Made by a program: the position numbers and the translations under genes
The notes under the pieces: model-generated
The model's input: the letters and a program-made list of their open reading frames with translations, nothing else
What the model was told of the DNA's origin: nothing
Database searches by the model: none
In this document: piece after piece, positions 39,102 to 48,495 of the stretch
How the letters are laid out: every line of letters begins with the position of its first letter
Position numbering within the stretch: the first letter of the stretch is position 1
Assembly (NCBI GenBank): GCA_029259155.1
Contig: JAPDJI010000018.1
Coordinates: 1-48,865, forward strand
Origin: Candidatus Methanomethylicia archaeon
GTDB lineage: Archaea > Thermoproteota > Methanomethylicia > Nezhaarchaeales > B40-G2
Direction of reading: 5' to 3'
DNA length: 48,865 nt

Positions 39102-39623
39102 ATGTCGAAGGAGAAAACTATAGAAGATGTAATACTTTGCATAGTTAATGAAATAGCTGGTCCTGACGCTGTAAAGGTAGCCTCGGTGCTGCTTAATGAA
39201 GACTGGCTAACGGATGAGGTCATAGCTTCTAAAACCTTGCTTAAACTCAACCAGGTTAGGAAGATACTTTACAGCCTCCTAGATAACCAGCTGATGCTAT
39301 ACAAGAAGGTACGCGACGAAAATAGCGGATGGTACACCTACTACTGGACACTTAACCGGGAAGGCATCGAAGGATTGGCGCTCTTAAAGAAGCGTCAAGT
39401 ATTGAAGAAACTTAAGGAAAGACTTGAATTCGAGCAAAGCCATAACCTTTATCGCTGTACCCGCTGTGAAGGGGTTCTCTTAACCTTCGAGGAAGCCGTG
39501 GAGACCTACTTCAGGTGTCCTAGCTGTGGCCAACAACTTGAAGCTTACGACAACGCCGGGGCCATCAAGGTCCTTGAAAGAAAGATAAGCATCTTAGAAG
39601 AAGAGTTAAGGAAACTTTCTTGA
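39102..39623 (+). CDS. tfe: Transcription factor E (TFE alpha)
   Basis: wHTH VRKILY..., GWYTYYW, Zn ribbon CTRC...CPSCG. Confidence 0.93.
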   Translation: MSKEKTIEDVILCIVNEIAGPDAVKVASVLLNEDWLTDEVIASKTLLKLNQVRKILYSLLDNQLMLYKKVRDENSGWYTYYWTLNREGIEGLALLKKRQVLKKLKERLEFEQSHNLYRCTRCEGVLLTFEEAVETYFRCPSCGQQLEAYDNAGAIKVLERKISILEEELRKLS

Positions 39624-39625
39624 AG

Positions 39626-40102
39626 TTAAACCTCTTCACTAAGCCTCTTAACTGTTCTATGGAGAGCGATAGCCGCAGAGCCTATACATCCAATCTCGCC
39701 TGGAGTCCCTAGATGTACAGGCTTCCCGACTTCAAGTTCCTTCGAGGAGAAACCTGGCTCAGAGCCGGAGAAGAAGAAGGCTACGACACCGCCTTCTCTA
39801 AGCTTACTAACCACCTCCTCCTCGCTGAAAAGCTCGCCTCTACTCTTTTCAACGAAGAATAAGGCCTCGGAAGGTTTAATGAGCTCTAAGGCATCATTCA
39901 CATCAGGAACCACGAGTAAACCCTTACCTAGCTTAAAGGCTAACCTATGAACCTCAGGAACCCCCGTCTGAGCCGCTGCAGAGGTGGGTTTGGAGAGGAC
40001 AAATAGAGATAAGCCGAAGCCGTATACCAACCTGGCCATCTGCTTGACAATCTCCACTCCATGAGCGTTATGGAGGACAACGGTCAGCTTCTCCAGCGCC
40101 AT
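39626..40102 (-). CDS. DUF2122-like conserved crenarchaeal protein (SPOUT-like)
   Basis: VLHN, AAQTGVPEV, FSGSEPGFSSKEL. Confidence 0.65.
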   Translation of the reverse strand: MALEKLTVVLHNAHGVEIVKQMARLVYGFGLSLFVLSKPTSAAAQTGVPEVHRLAFKLGKGLLVVPDVNDALELIKPSEALFFVEKSRGELFSEEEVVSKLREGGVVAFFFSGSEPGFSSKELEVGKPVHLGTPGEIGCIGSAAIALHRTVKRLSEEV

Positions 40103-40136
40103 ATACTTTCCCTGCTGAGAGGCGTTGTGTTAAACG

Positions 40137-41105
40137 TTACGGGTTCATGGCTTGAAGGTTTTTAATTATCTCTGAGGCAACGGCGGCTGCTAAGGGTATC
40201 GGCACGGCTTCACCCACCATATCATACTGCGATTCTCTACCCCCAAGGAACACATGATCGTCAGGGAAGCCCATGAGCCTGGCATGCTCCCTTACGGTCA
40301 ACAACCTATTCTCGAAGGGATGGATAAACCTAGAATTCCCTAGTACGGGCGGTGCAGGCTTAAACGGGTGGAGCTTAACCCAATTCGTATACGTACGTCC
40401 AGCAGACCCAGCATATCGTATCAAGGAGCCGCCCCACCTCAACTTAACCGCTCTCCTATACTTACGGGGTGGCATGGGCACGTATTCGTGGTTAGGTACT
40501 TCTCCGTCAGGCTCAGGTAGGCCTTCTAAGGCATCGATAACTCTGATCCTCTTCTTATGCGGAGTCGGCTTAATCCTAACATTAGAGATGAATACTCTCG
40601 TACGCCTCGAAGGGGAGCCATAGTTCTCGGCTTTAAGTATGTTAAAGAAAACCTCCCTGAAGCCGACTCTTGCCAACTCTTTTCTCAAGGCATCCTTTAG
40701 CCCTCCTTCCATGATGTGGGGCACATTCTCTATAACGAAGAATTTTGGGCTTAGATCCCCTATCAGCCTAATAGCATGAAGCGTCAACCTACCTACAGGG
40801 TCGGTGTAAAGTCTATCAAGCGGGTCCTTCATGCGTTTAACGTTAGCTGCCGTATAAGCTTCGCATGGAGGGCTGGCGATGACTACGTCAGGTATGTCTC
40901 CAGCTAGTTCTAGAAGCCTCCAACCCTCGACCTCCTGGATATCCTCATCGAGGAACACCACGTTCGGGAAATTGAGCTTATAAGTCTTAGCGACGGGAGG
41001 GGCGTTATCTATAGCGGCTAGAACCTTAAAGCCAACATTCATAAAGCCTCGAGAGAAACCTCCAGCCCCACTAAAGAGGTCGATGACAGTGGGGGTGTGG
41101 TTCAA
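40137..41105 (-). CDS. C5 cytosine methyltransferase (Dcm/DNMT family)
   Basis: DLFSGAGG, SPPCE, ENV, RTRVF, RLLTVREHARLMGFPD. Confidence 0.92.
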   Translation of the reverse strand: MNHTPTVIDLFSGAGGFSRGFMNVGFKVLAAIDNAPPVAKTYKLNFPNVVFLDEDIQEVEGWRLLELAGDIPDVVIASPPCEAYTAANVKRMKDPLDRLYTDPVGRLTLHAIRLIGDLSPKFFVIENVPHIMEGGLKDALRKELARVGFREVFFNILKAENYGSPSRRTRVFISNVRIKPTPHKKRIRVIDALEGLPEPDGEVPNHEYVPMPPRKYRRAVKLRWGGSLIRYAGSAGRTYTNWVKLHPFKPAPPVLGNSRFIHPFENRLLTVREHARLMGFPDDHVFLGGRESQYDMVGEAVPIPLAAAVASEIIKNLQAMNP

Positions 41106-41352
41106 GCTTAACCTCCATCCATGAAAAAGAGGCCGCCCATTAAAACCCTTCCCGTTTTGAGGTTGTTTACCAGCCAGGACACCTGCTTCCCTGGCGCCAC
41201 AGCAGATCTGATACTTAGCTGTAGAGAGCTCAGGTCGTTAAGAAGAAGCGTCTTCAAGGTCTCTGATAAGTGCGAAGCAATATCGAGCGCCGGGAATAGG
41301 TTCACATCCTCGTTCGAACCCTCAATTCCATAGGTATTTTGGCTTATTTAAT

Positions 41353-42456
41353 TTATGTCAACTTAATAAGTCCCACTCCCTTCATGATCTTTGTTCTGAG
41401 AGTTTCTCGTAGATTAGGATCATTTAGTGCGTTTTCCATTACGAAGTACAGATCAGTAGTTGTGATGAGACAGAAGCCCTTTCTCTGAGCTAGCTCCATT
41501 GCCCCATCTGTGTATGGCTTTTCCTTCCTTTTAGGCTCCATTCTACGATAGTGGTTCACGATGAATATACCCTTCAACTCGGGCTGTTTATCCACGTTAG
41601 CATCGTAATAGTCGAGAAGTGCCCGCATGTCATCGCGATCGGCATGTGTTTTCAGCCCTTTAACTTCGACTATACCCGTGAAGTGACCATAGCGGATATA
41701 AATATCCGGTTCGGTCCCTCTACCACCCATCTTCACTTCAAACCCTAGGATCCTAAACGCCTCAGCTACGGCCTTACATAGCTCCCTGTCGTTTCCATAA
41801 AGCAGTTTTTCAAGAATGTTAATCGTCTTAAGCTTCGCCAACAAGTCTCCTTTCTCTCTGTACTGGTATTTCTCTACCCAATCGGGCTTCCTGCTTATCC
41901 AGATCTCAAGCCAATTCTCCAGAAAGAACTTTTTGTTCTTGAACTGTGGCAAGCATATGACTTCTCCTTCTCCAAGCTCCATGGAAAAAGCGATTACTTC
42001 CTCAAGTCCTGTAGTCGCCATTACCTCAGCATTTGGTATATCTCTAATATCGCGAAAATGGCACTCTACGTTAATGTTATCTCTCTGACGATCGAGAAAT
42101 CTATCTAATAGGGATCTCTTGATCTTCAAACTGTGGGCTTCGCTAGCGATTATTTTGACTTTGGATGAAAGAGGTCTTGGTAGCCATCCATAGGATTTAT
42201 ATCCCCCATAATTCTTAGGCCTACAGCAAAGACATACCAGAATGCCACCATGCTCAACAAACTCTTGGAATTCATTTCTAGCTTTTACAGCTATCCTCGC
42301 AGTCTTGGAATTAACAGAAGTATTATCCACGATCACCATGTCGTACCAGTGTAGTGGCGTTAAGTACTCCCACGTCGTTTTCTCAATTTTTACATCTAAC
42401 CCCTTAAGATTTTCTTGAAGTCCCCCCATCCCAATTAGAAGCACGCGATAAGTCAT
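41353..42456 (-). CDS. Protein with N-terminal GATase1-like alpha/beta domain and C-terminal PD-(D/E)xK nuclease
   Basis: YDMVIV...FVEHGGILV; C-terminal EAFRILGF...EPDI...IVEVKG. Confidence 0.7.
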   Translation of the reverse strand: MTYRVLLIGMGGLQENLKGLDVKIEKTTWEYLTPLHWYDMVIVDNTSVNSKTARIAVKARNEFQEFVEHGGILVCLCCRPKNYGGYKSYGWLPRPLSSKVKIIASEAHSLKIKRSLLDRFLDRQRDNINVECHFRDIRDIPNAEVMATTGLEEVIAFSMELGEGEVICLPQFKNKKFFLENWLEIWISRKPDWVEKYQYREKGDLLAKLKTINILEKLLYGNDRELCKAVAEAFRILGFEVKMGGRGTEPDIYIRYGHFTGIVEVKGLKTHADRDDMRALLDYYDANVDKQPELKGIFIVNHYRRMEPKRKEKPYTDGAMELAQRKGFCLITTTDLYFVMENALNDPNLRETLRTKIMKGVGLIKLT

Positions 42457-42466
42457 TTTAGTTGCC

Positions 42467-43174
42467 TCATTCTAGCTCTATCTCCTCTTTGGCCAGTCTC
42501 TTTCCATGCTTCCTAACGAATTCCTTTAGAGCCTCAACCTCAACGATGAAGGACTCTTCACCTATAGTTACCTTGATAACGTCCTTATCCTCGGGAAGCT
42601 TCACTTCCCTACTTCTAACACCCCTTATCAATTCTTGGTTCAGCTTGAAATTTCCCTCCTCGTCCTGAACTATGATTTTACTTAGCTCGAGCAACTTTAC
42701 AATAGCTCTGAGAGATTTAACTGTCGTGTTATCTCGTTTCACAGCCTGTGAGGCTGAACCTAAAACGTTAATCAAATCGTCTTCATTCATAGAGGCCCTA
42801 ACTTTAAACGCAGATAACACGCTTTCACCAAACCATGTCCTAGCTAGGTGTCTGCGCATTAGAGACCAAGCGCCGTCCTCGTCCCCCCATTCCAGCTTTC
42901 TAAAAAACTCTACGGTAACATCAGAAGCTCTATATCCCTTATTCTCCTTTTCTAACAACCCTATAGAGTACCAGAACTTTAAACATGCACTAACGTTAGT
43001 TTTGCTTCTGATTCCTGCTAAAGGAGCAACGTCCTTGTAGGAGACGCCTACCTTCCCTTTTTCCCTTAATACGGTAAAAGCCTTAAGGATATCGAGTTGC
43101 TTTTCTATCTTAACAACATGGAAGAGTAAAACCTTTTCTTCTTCCTTTGCATTTTGCCCCGCCACGGCTCTCAC
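42467..43174 (-). CDS. Tandem winged-helix hypothetical protein
   Basis: Helix-turn-helix/wing pattern (VSYKDVA...LKFWYSIGLLEK; LLELSKIIVQDEEGNFKL). Confidence 0.55.
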   Translation of the reverse strand: MRAVAGQNAKEEEKVLLFHVVKIEKQLDILKAFTVLREKGKVGVSYKDVAPLAGIRSKTNVSACLKFWYSIGLLEKENKGYRASDVTVEFFRKLEWGDEDGAWSLMRRHLARTWFGESVLSAFKVRASMNEDDLINVLGSASQAVKRDNTTVKSLRAIVKLLELSKIIVQDEEGNFKLNQELIRGVRSREVKLPEDKDVIKVTIGEESFIVEVEALKEFVRKHGKRLAKEEIELE

Positions 43175-44499
43175 CCTCTTCCAAAAGAAAGGTTCAGCTT
43201 CTCCCGCACTCTTTTACTGACAAATTCAACATTACCTCTGTAAACCTCAGAGTTTCTCGTCTCGATGGCAAGTTGAAAGTTCGTCTTCAGCATGTCTAGC
43301 ATAGCGCCTATGTCTGCGTGATCCTTCAGCAACGATCTTAGCATGGAGACTTTATCCTCAAAATCTTTCCTAGATTCCTCACTAGGAATGATGGCCTCTA
43401 GGGCGCCTAAAATTCTGCCTATTTCATAGATCATTGAAGGCTCCACAGATGCTTCTCGCTCTTTGCGCGTGGTTACTGCTTCCTTAAGTTCGACCTCTTT
43501 GAACTTGAACTTATTTGGGGCTATTTTTTCAATAAGCCCCGCTGCACTTAACCAGCTAACAAACTTTTTACCATAGAGCTTCTTAGTTAGTGCTGTCCAG
43601 TTTCTCCTCAAAATATAGGCTAATCCTTCTCCAAAATCTTCATATGTTAGTTCCCTCTTCCTCTCAGCTATCTTTAAAATCAGGTCTCCGTATGGACTTG
43701 AAAGTAGGCATTCTCTGAATACTCTCGCCCTTTCCTCCCTTGGAAGTAAGGGGTCTATCAACCTGCTTCCCATCTCGGTTATCTGATAAGCTCCGGTAGC
43801 GTCCTTGCTGACTAGGCCGAGAAGTACACATACAGAGATTTCGGAAGCTACTCTACCCTCTTTAACGCCCAATTTTTTAGCTAGATCTGGGATTCTGGAC
43901 CTTTTAAACGAGTATAATCCCTTTAGAAGACGGATTATGGATTTAAATCCTACTTCGGGGGCATAAAGTTCGACTCTAGCTTGAGCAGTCGACGATTTTA
44001 ATGAAAGCACACCATCATGATAAATCCCAAAACCAGCAAACCCTATTATAGAAGCACAACTATTGCCATAAGTTCTATAAGATGCTATAGCCTTCCACTT
44101 CTTTCCAAATCTATCAGCCAATGCTCTGCCTATCTCTTCACCTGTAAGCTGAACTCTCGCCTCCAATAGCGATTTAACGAATTGAAGAGCCTCGCTTTGT
44201 TCTATACCCTTCCTTACGATTTCCCTAGCCTTCTCAATCTCGCCAGCATTAAGGGCCCTAATAAATTCCATACCGTCGCTTGTGATGGAGATCTTCCCAT
44301 CCTTTACCTCAGCGAGCTTCAACAACCTTAATGTGGGAGTTATGTTGTTTATGTTACTGAGACCACATCTTAGAAGAGAGGACAGTTCCTTAGCATCGAC
44401 CTCCCTTACACCCCTCCTATACATTACTTTTAAACACTCAATCACTCGATCTATGCCTACATAAGGTATGACGGTGTGTCCCCCCTTCTTCATATCCAT
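43171..44499 (-). CDS. Multi-winged-helix protein (internally duplicated wHTH pairs)
   Basis: Repeats: PYVGIDRVI...LKLAEVKDGKISITSDG...KKW...YG and PEVGFKSII...LGLVSKDATGAYQITEMG...RNW...YG. Confidence 0.6.
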   Translation of the reverse strand: MDMKKGGHTVIPYVGIDRVIECLKVMYRRGVREVDAKELSSLLRCGLSNINNITPTLRLLKLAEVKDGKISITSDGMEFIRALNAGEIEKAREIVRKGIEQSEALQFVKSLLEARVQLTGEEIGRALADRFGKKWKAIASYRTYGNSCASIIGFAGFGIYHDGVLSLKSSTAQARVELYAPEVGFKSIIRLLKGLYSFKRSRIPDLAKKLGVKEGRVASEISVCVLLGLVSKDATGAYQITEMGSRLIDPLLPREERARVFRECLLSSPYGDLILKIAERKRELTYEDFGEGLAYILRRNWTALTKKLYGKKFVSWLSAAGLIEKIAPNKFKFKEVELKEAVTTRKEREASVEPSMIYEIGRILGALEAIIPSEESRKDFEDKVSMLRSLLKDHADIGAMLDMLKTNFQLAIETRNSEVYRGNVEFVSKRVREKLNLSFGRG

Positions 44500-44531
44500 T
44501 CATTCTACATATTCATTTTCACCCTTTTAAA

Positions 44532-44604
44532 TGTTACTACTATTTGTAACAAGAGGCATAAGATGCTACGCAAATTTTTTAAAATAGACCAAAATATAGT
44601 AACA
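44532..44604. promoter_or_regulatory. Inverted TGTTAC/GTAACA operator-like sites in divergent promoter
   Basis: TGTTAC-N8-GTAACA at 44532-44551 and a further ATAGTAACA ending 44604. Confidence 0.4.
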
Positions 44605-44609
44605 ATTGT

Positions 44610-45341
44610 ATGAAGGTCTCAGGCGTGATTGAAAGGAAAGCCCTGGAAATCTTGCGCCTCCTCGAGAAAGAGTCTCTGCACATTAGAGGACTACATAGGC
44701 AAGTAGGTGGAAGTTTAACTACGGTGGTGCAAAGGGTAGACGAGCTCGTTAAAGCTGGATTAGTAAAGCAAAAAGAAGTAGGAAATCGTAAGGTTCTACA
44801 GCTCACTTCTAGAGGTAAAATGGTACTAGCAATACTGAGGAGCATGGGCGTAGTTCCTGGAGAGAAAAGAGTAGAAAAGATTGACATTGCAGGCCGTGCT
44901 AAGTGGATACTCTTTCTCCTATACGCCTTAGGCGGGAGGATCAAAGGAAGCACAAGACTTGAGAAGCTCCTATTCCTTCTAAGTAAGAAGCTTAAAATCA
45001 TCGAAGATGGTATCTACGAGTTTAGGCCTTATCTCTTTGGTCCATTCTCCGCCCAGATTTTGAGTGATGCGCGAGGCTTAGAGTCCATGGGCCTAATTGA
45101 AATCGAGGATGAGGCCTTTGAAGCACATGATATAAGCGACTTCATTTACATCCGTAAAAACTACAAGCTCACTCTAGAAGGAGCAAAGATGGCTAGGAAA
45201 ATATACGAACAACTCATCTCGAGAGGCGACGTAAGAAAAGTTCTGTCAGAACTTCGGAGGCTTAACTCTATGCCGCTACATGAGCTTCTAGATTATGTCT
45301 ACAAAGAGTTCCCCGAGTATGCAGGGGAGGAATATGTCTAA
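44610..45341 (+). CDS. wHTH + SocA/Panacea(DUF4065)-like antitoxin domain protein
   Basis: N-terminal MarR-like wHTH; TRLEKLLFL, YEFRPYLFGPFS, LLDYVYKEFP. Confidence 0.7.
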   Translation: MKVSGVIERKALEILRLLEKESLHIRGLHRQVGGSLTTVVQRVDELVKAGLVKQKEVGNRKVLQLTSRGKMVLAILRSMGVVPGEKRVEKIDIAGRAKWILFLLYALGGRIKGSTRLEKLLFLLSKKLKIIEDGIYEFRPYLFGPFSAQILSDARGLESMGLIEIEDEAFEAHDISDFIYIRKNYKLTLEGAKMARKIYEQLISRGDVRKVLSELRRLNSMPLHELLDYVYKEFPEYAGEEYV

Positions 45342-45353
45342 TGGTGAGTCAGA

Positions 45354-45665
45354 ATAGTTGAGAGTCGAGAACACTTTGAATTGAAGAAATGTCTAGCCGG
45401 GATTTTCGGAGGACATACTGAGAAGGTGATAGATGGTAGGGTCGATGTGATGGCCCGCGGTTTTTGCGTAGAGATAGAGCTTTCAGATAGAACCGATAGG
45501 CTTAGACATGCTATCGACAAGCTTTCGTCGTCAGCTTGCGGAGGAGGTTTCCTAGTGGTCAGGCCTGAAGCGCTGAATAAGGCGGTTGAGCTTTCCAAGA
45601 AAAGGGATAACGTTATTGTGGTTTCGAGTGATAGGTTAAGGAGGATCTGCCGTAACTCTGTCTGA
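45354..45665 (+). CDS. Small PD-(D/E)xK-like protein (start uncertain: ATA 45354 or TTG 45381)
   Basis: ESREH...TEKVIDGRVDV...VEIE. Confidence 0.55.
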   Translation: MVESREHFELKKCLAGIFGGHTEKVIDGRVDVMARGFCVEIELSDRTDRLRHAIDKLSSSACGGGFLVVRPEALNKAVELSKKRDNVIVVSSDRLRRICRNSV

Positions 45666-45743
45666 CGAAAGGTTAGCTCTTGGGTAAACAATACGGTCAA
45701 AACATAAATAGGCTCAAGCGTCTATCTTAATTGAGGATATTTT

Positions 45744-45956
45744 ATGCCGAGGGAATACGGCAACCTAAAGGCTAGGATTTTAAAACTCCTAGATGAGAAT
45801 CCGGGTCAGAGCGTCAAGGAGCTTGCTAAGCAGCTTAAGGTTAACAGGAGCTTCGTCGCCGGCTACCTTCAGGCCCTAGAGGATCAGGGATACGTGAGAT
45901 CCAAGAGAATGGGGCCTGCCAAGGTCTATTTCAATAAAAAACGCGAGGGAGGATAG
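45744..45956 (+). CDS. Small wHTH transcription regulator
   Basis: ILKLL..NPGQSVKELAKQLKVNRSFVAGYLQALE..GYV. Confidence 0.8.
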   Translation: MPREYGNLKARILKLLDENPGQSVKELAKQLKVNRSFVAGYLQALEDQGYVRSKRMGPAKVYFNKKREGG

Positions 45957-45961
45957 CTATC

Positions 45962-46180
45962 ATGCTGAACGAGGAGGAAACCAGAGCACAATTGGTCGAT
46001 CCCAAGCTTCGCGAAAGCGGATGGAAGGATAACATGATAGAGAGGGACTGCTTCATCACCAAGGGCATGATCATAAACGAGAGCTGAGATAGACTACCCC
46101 CAAGGAAGCCGGACTACATACTCTACTATCCCGATAAGAGCGGAGTGCCTATAGCTGTGATAGAAGCTGAGGCCGAAAGC
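45962..46180 (+). pseudogene. hsdR: Type I restriction enzyme HsdR N-terminal fragment
   Basis: MLNEEETRAQLVDPKLRESGW...FITKGMIINES*DRLPPRKPDYILY...PIAVIEAE; in-frame TGA at 46085; similarity ends near 46180. Confidence 0.8.
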
Positions 46181-47046
46181 AAATCTTTCTCGCTTACCAC
46201 GTGCATCCTCGACTTCAAATCAAAGGGAATTATGGCATCCTTTAAAGTTATCACAGGAACCTTACAGACCATGGCTTCGACTATTGGTAAACCATAGCCC
46301 TCTATCCTCGAGGGAAAGACGAATACGTCAAGAGAGCTGTAGAAGTCCACAAGCTTTTCGTCGGGAACGAAGCCTAAGAACTTTATGCGGTTGTCACCAT
46401 TAGCTATTCGCCTCAGCCTAGGACTATCCACGCCCTCGCCCGCTATCCAAAGCTCGGCATCACGATCATGGAGCCTTCTAAATGCTTTAATTAAGATGTC
46501 TATTCGCTTTCGCGGATCCAGATAGCTCAACGTTCCTACTATGAACTTGTCATGCCTTCGTTTCTTAGGTCTGAGAAAGGGATGAATCCCCATTCTTATT
46601 ACGGTCGTTTTGTCCTCGGGTATGGAGAACTTTTCAGTGACCTCTCGCTTCGTCTGCTCCGAGATACAGATTATGTGCGCGGCCTTCGCGGCTCGCTTGC
46701 ACGCAAACAAAAACCAGTAATAGCCTATCCACCTGCGCGGGTTGAATCCATTTCTGTACTCGGGAAGCAGGGGAATTAAATCGTGGAAGGTTACAACACT
46801 TTTTTCTTTGGGCAGGTAGATGGCTTCAGCCGGGGAGAGGGCATGGTAAACTTCTACATCCTTTGGTATCCTGAACCTCATGTCAATAAGCGTGTAGAGG
46901 AAGTAGCCCGCTGCGGAACGCCAAGTCGTGGCGACAACGTCTATTTCGTGTCCTCTTCCCATAAGCTCGCGGAGCAGGTTCTTGGAGTAAACCCCTATGC
47001 CCCCGTTCCTCGAATTGAAGAAGCGCGTGAAAAGCGCTATCCTCAT
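46126..47046 (-). CDS. GT4 glycosyltransferase, probably 3'-truncated
   Basis: GGIGVY, TFHDL, PRKRID, FVFPSRIEGYGLPIVEAM; last ~17 codons are antisense hsdR. Confidence 0.85.
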   Translation of the reverse strand: MRIALFTRFFNSRNGGIGVYSKNLLRELMGRGHEIDVVATTWRSAAGYFLYTLIDMRFRIPKDVEVYHALSPAEAIYLPKEKSVVTFHDLIPLLPEYRNGFNPRRWIGYYWFLFACKRAAKAAHIICISEQTKREVTEKFSIPEDKTTVIRMGIHPFLRPKKRRHDKFIVGTLSYLDPRKRIDILIKAFRRLHDRDAELWIAGEGVDSPRLRRIANGDNRIKFLGFVPDEKLVDFYSSLDVFVFPSRIEGYGLPIVEAMVCKVPVITLKDAIIPFDLKSRMHVVSEKDLLSASASITAIGTPLLSG

Positions 47047-47140
47047 TCTCTGGTTTTTCTGTCAAGCTTTTAAATCGTATGCCAATCTTATGCGTTCTTT
47101 ATGGCAACTCAATACTTTCGATCAACGGCACAACTAATCA

Positions 47141-47434
47141 ATGTCATGGAAGGATCTAGCATTCATTCTGGGAAGTCCTTTGAGAAGGAGGATTCTTGAA
47201 TGTCTGGCGAGATCCAAATATCCGCTGACACCCAAGGAAATAGCTAGGCAGATAGGCATCGCTAGGTCCAACGTCTCGACAAAGCTCTGCCAGCTGAGGC
47301 GTAGAAATCTCGTAACTTGCTTGAATCCCGAGGACAAGAAGCCGCGATTTTATGTCCTTACGAGAAAGGGCAAAGGTATCTTAAGAAGGATCGGGATGTT
47401 AGAAATGAAAAGGAAGGAACAGGAACACCCTTAG
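47141..47434 (+). CDS. ArsR/MarR-like wHTH regulator
   Basis: SPLRRRILECL, TPKEIA...SNVS..L..L, RFYVLTRKG. Confidence 0.8.
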   Translation: MSWKDLAFILGSPLRRRILECLARSKYPLTPKEIARQIGIARSNVSTKLCQLRRRNLVTCLNPEDKKPRFYVLTRKGKGILRRIGMLEMKRKEQEHP

Positions 47435-47549
47435 ATTTCTTGACCTTCGGAAAGATGATTACCTTCGACTTAAAAATGTGCTCGTAAATCGCGAATCTTG
47501 AGCTTAAAATTGCGAGGTGCGGCTTATTAAAAATTATTTCCTTTCCTAG

Positions 47550-48455
47550 CTACGATCTTCTCAGTGTTTTCTCCGTCAGGATAAATGTCCTATGGAAGTT
47601 ATTTCTCCACCATTCGCATATTTTACTGATCTCTTTCCTTAAATCCTCAAATCTCCAAACCAGAATCGCGTAGAGGAGATCCAGCGTCTTAAAGTAAAAG
47701 GCCAAGGATAGCTTGAACAGGCCATCGTTAAAGCCCTCCAAAAAACAAAATCCCGGATCTTCAATAATAGCTTCGAGATAGGGATAGGAGAAGTGGAGAT
47801 ATTTTGAAAGTTCATGCCATAGCTCCTTCATTTCTCTGACATCATCCTCATCGAGTTTGAGAAAACTGCAGCATTCCTCTATCATCTTGCTGGTTGTTAG
47901 ATAGAGTTTCCTGTTTGAAAGTATCCTTGTGTAGACTTCAATGTATTCCTGCGCGACCTCTTTTTTGGAGGGATCTATATTTTTGTCGATGAAATCTGTA
48001 ACTATTCTCCTAACCATCTCCTTATCTATTTTCCCCTTTCTGCAGACTTTCTTCCTTTTACATTCCTCCCAGAGCCGAAAGATCTCTGCCTTCAGGGAAA
48101 GCGCACTCAATCCTCCCCACTTCTCGAAAACTGTGCTTTCAATTGCATCCTCAAGAATTACGGCGAAAACACAACCTTCAAAGACGAACCTGAGGTTTCT
48201 TATAGCTTCGAAATACCTTCCGTTTAGGATCTCATACGTGATCCAGTTGGTCAGCTTCCAAGAGTTGAGCAGAATTATCCCGGAAATCGAGTTGGTGGCC
48301 TGAAAGAACCTTTCCCTGTCTCTCGGGATGAGATCTATCCAGTTATCGATGAATTCGAACAGCATGCCCGTTTCAGACGGATATTTTTGATAGGTTTCTT
48401 CCCTAACCTCCCGGAGAATCTGGGCGTACACACTGATGTAGTTTTCAGCAGGCAT
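47550..48455 (-). CDS. Hypothetical all-helical protein (HEPN/DUF5677-like, tentative)
   Basis: ATG at 48455 with GGAGGGGTG SD; motifs A.RNLRFVFE and WHELSKYLH. Confidence 0.55.
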   Translation of the reverse strand: MPAENYISVYAQILREVREETYQKYPSETGMLFEFIDNWIDLIPRDRERFFQATNSISGIILLNSWKLTNWITYEILNGRYFEAIRNLRFVFEGCVFAVILEDAIESTVFEKWGGLSALSLKAEIFRLWEECKRKKVCRKGKIDKEMVRRIVTDFIDKNIDPSKKEVAQEYIEVYTRILSNRKLYLTTSKMIEECCSFLKLDEDDVREMKELWHELSKYLHFSYPYLEAIIEDPGFCFLEGFNDGLFKLSLAFYFKTLDLLYAILVWRFEDLRKEISKICEWWRNNFHRTFILTEKTLRRS

Positions 48456-48495
48456 CCGCCAGCACCCCTCCGGACAAAATATAAACCTCGAAACA

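Noticed and set aside
40137-41105. Cytosine methyltransferase as cognate methylase of the adjacent island nuclease
   Set aside because: Host-like composition and it sits in a tfe/trm56/DUF2122 neighbourhood that I recall as conserved in crenarchaea; adjacency is probably coincidental
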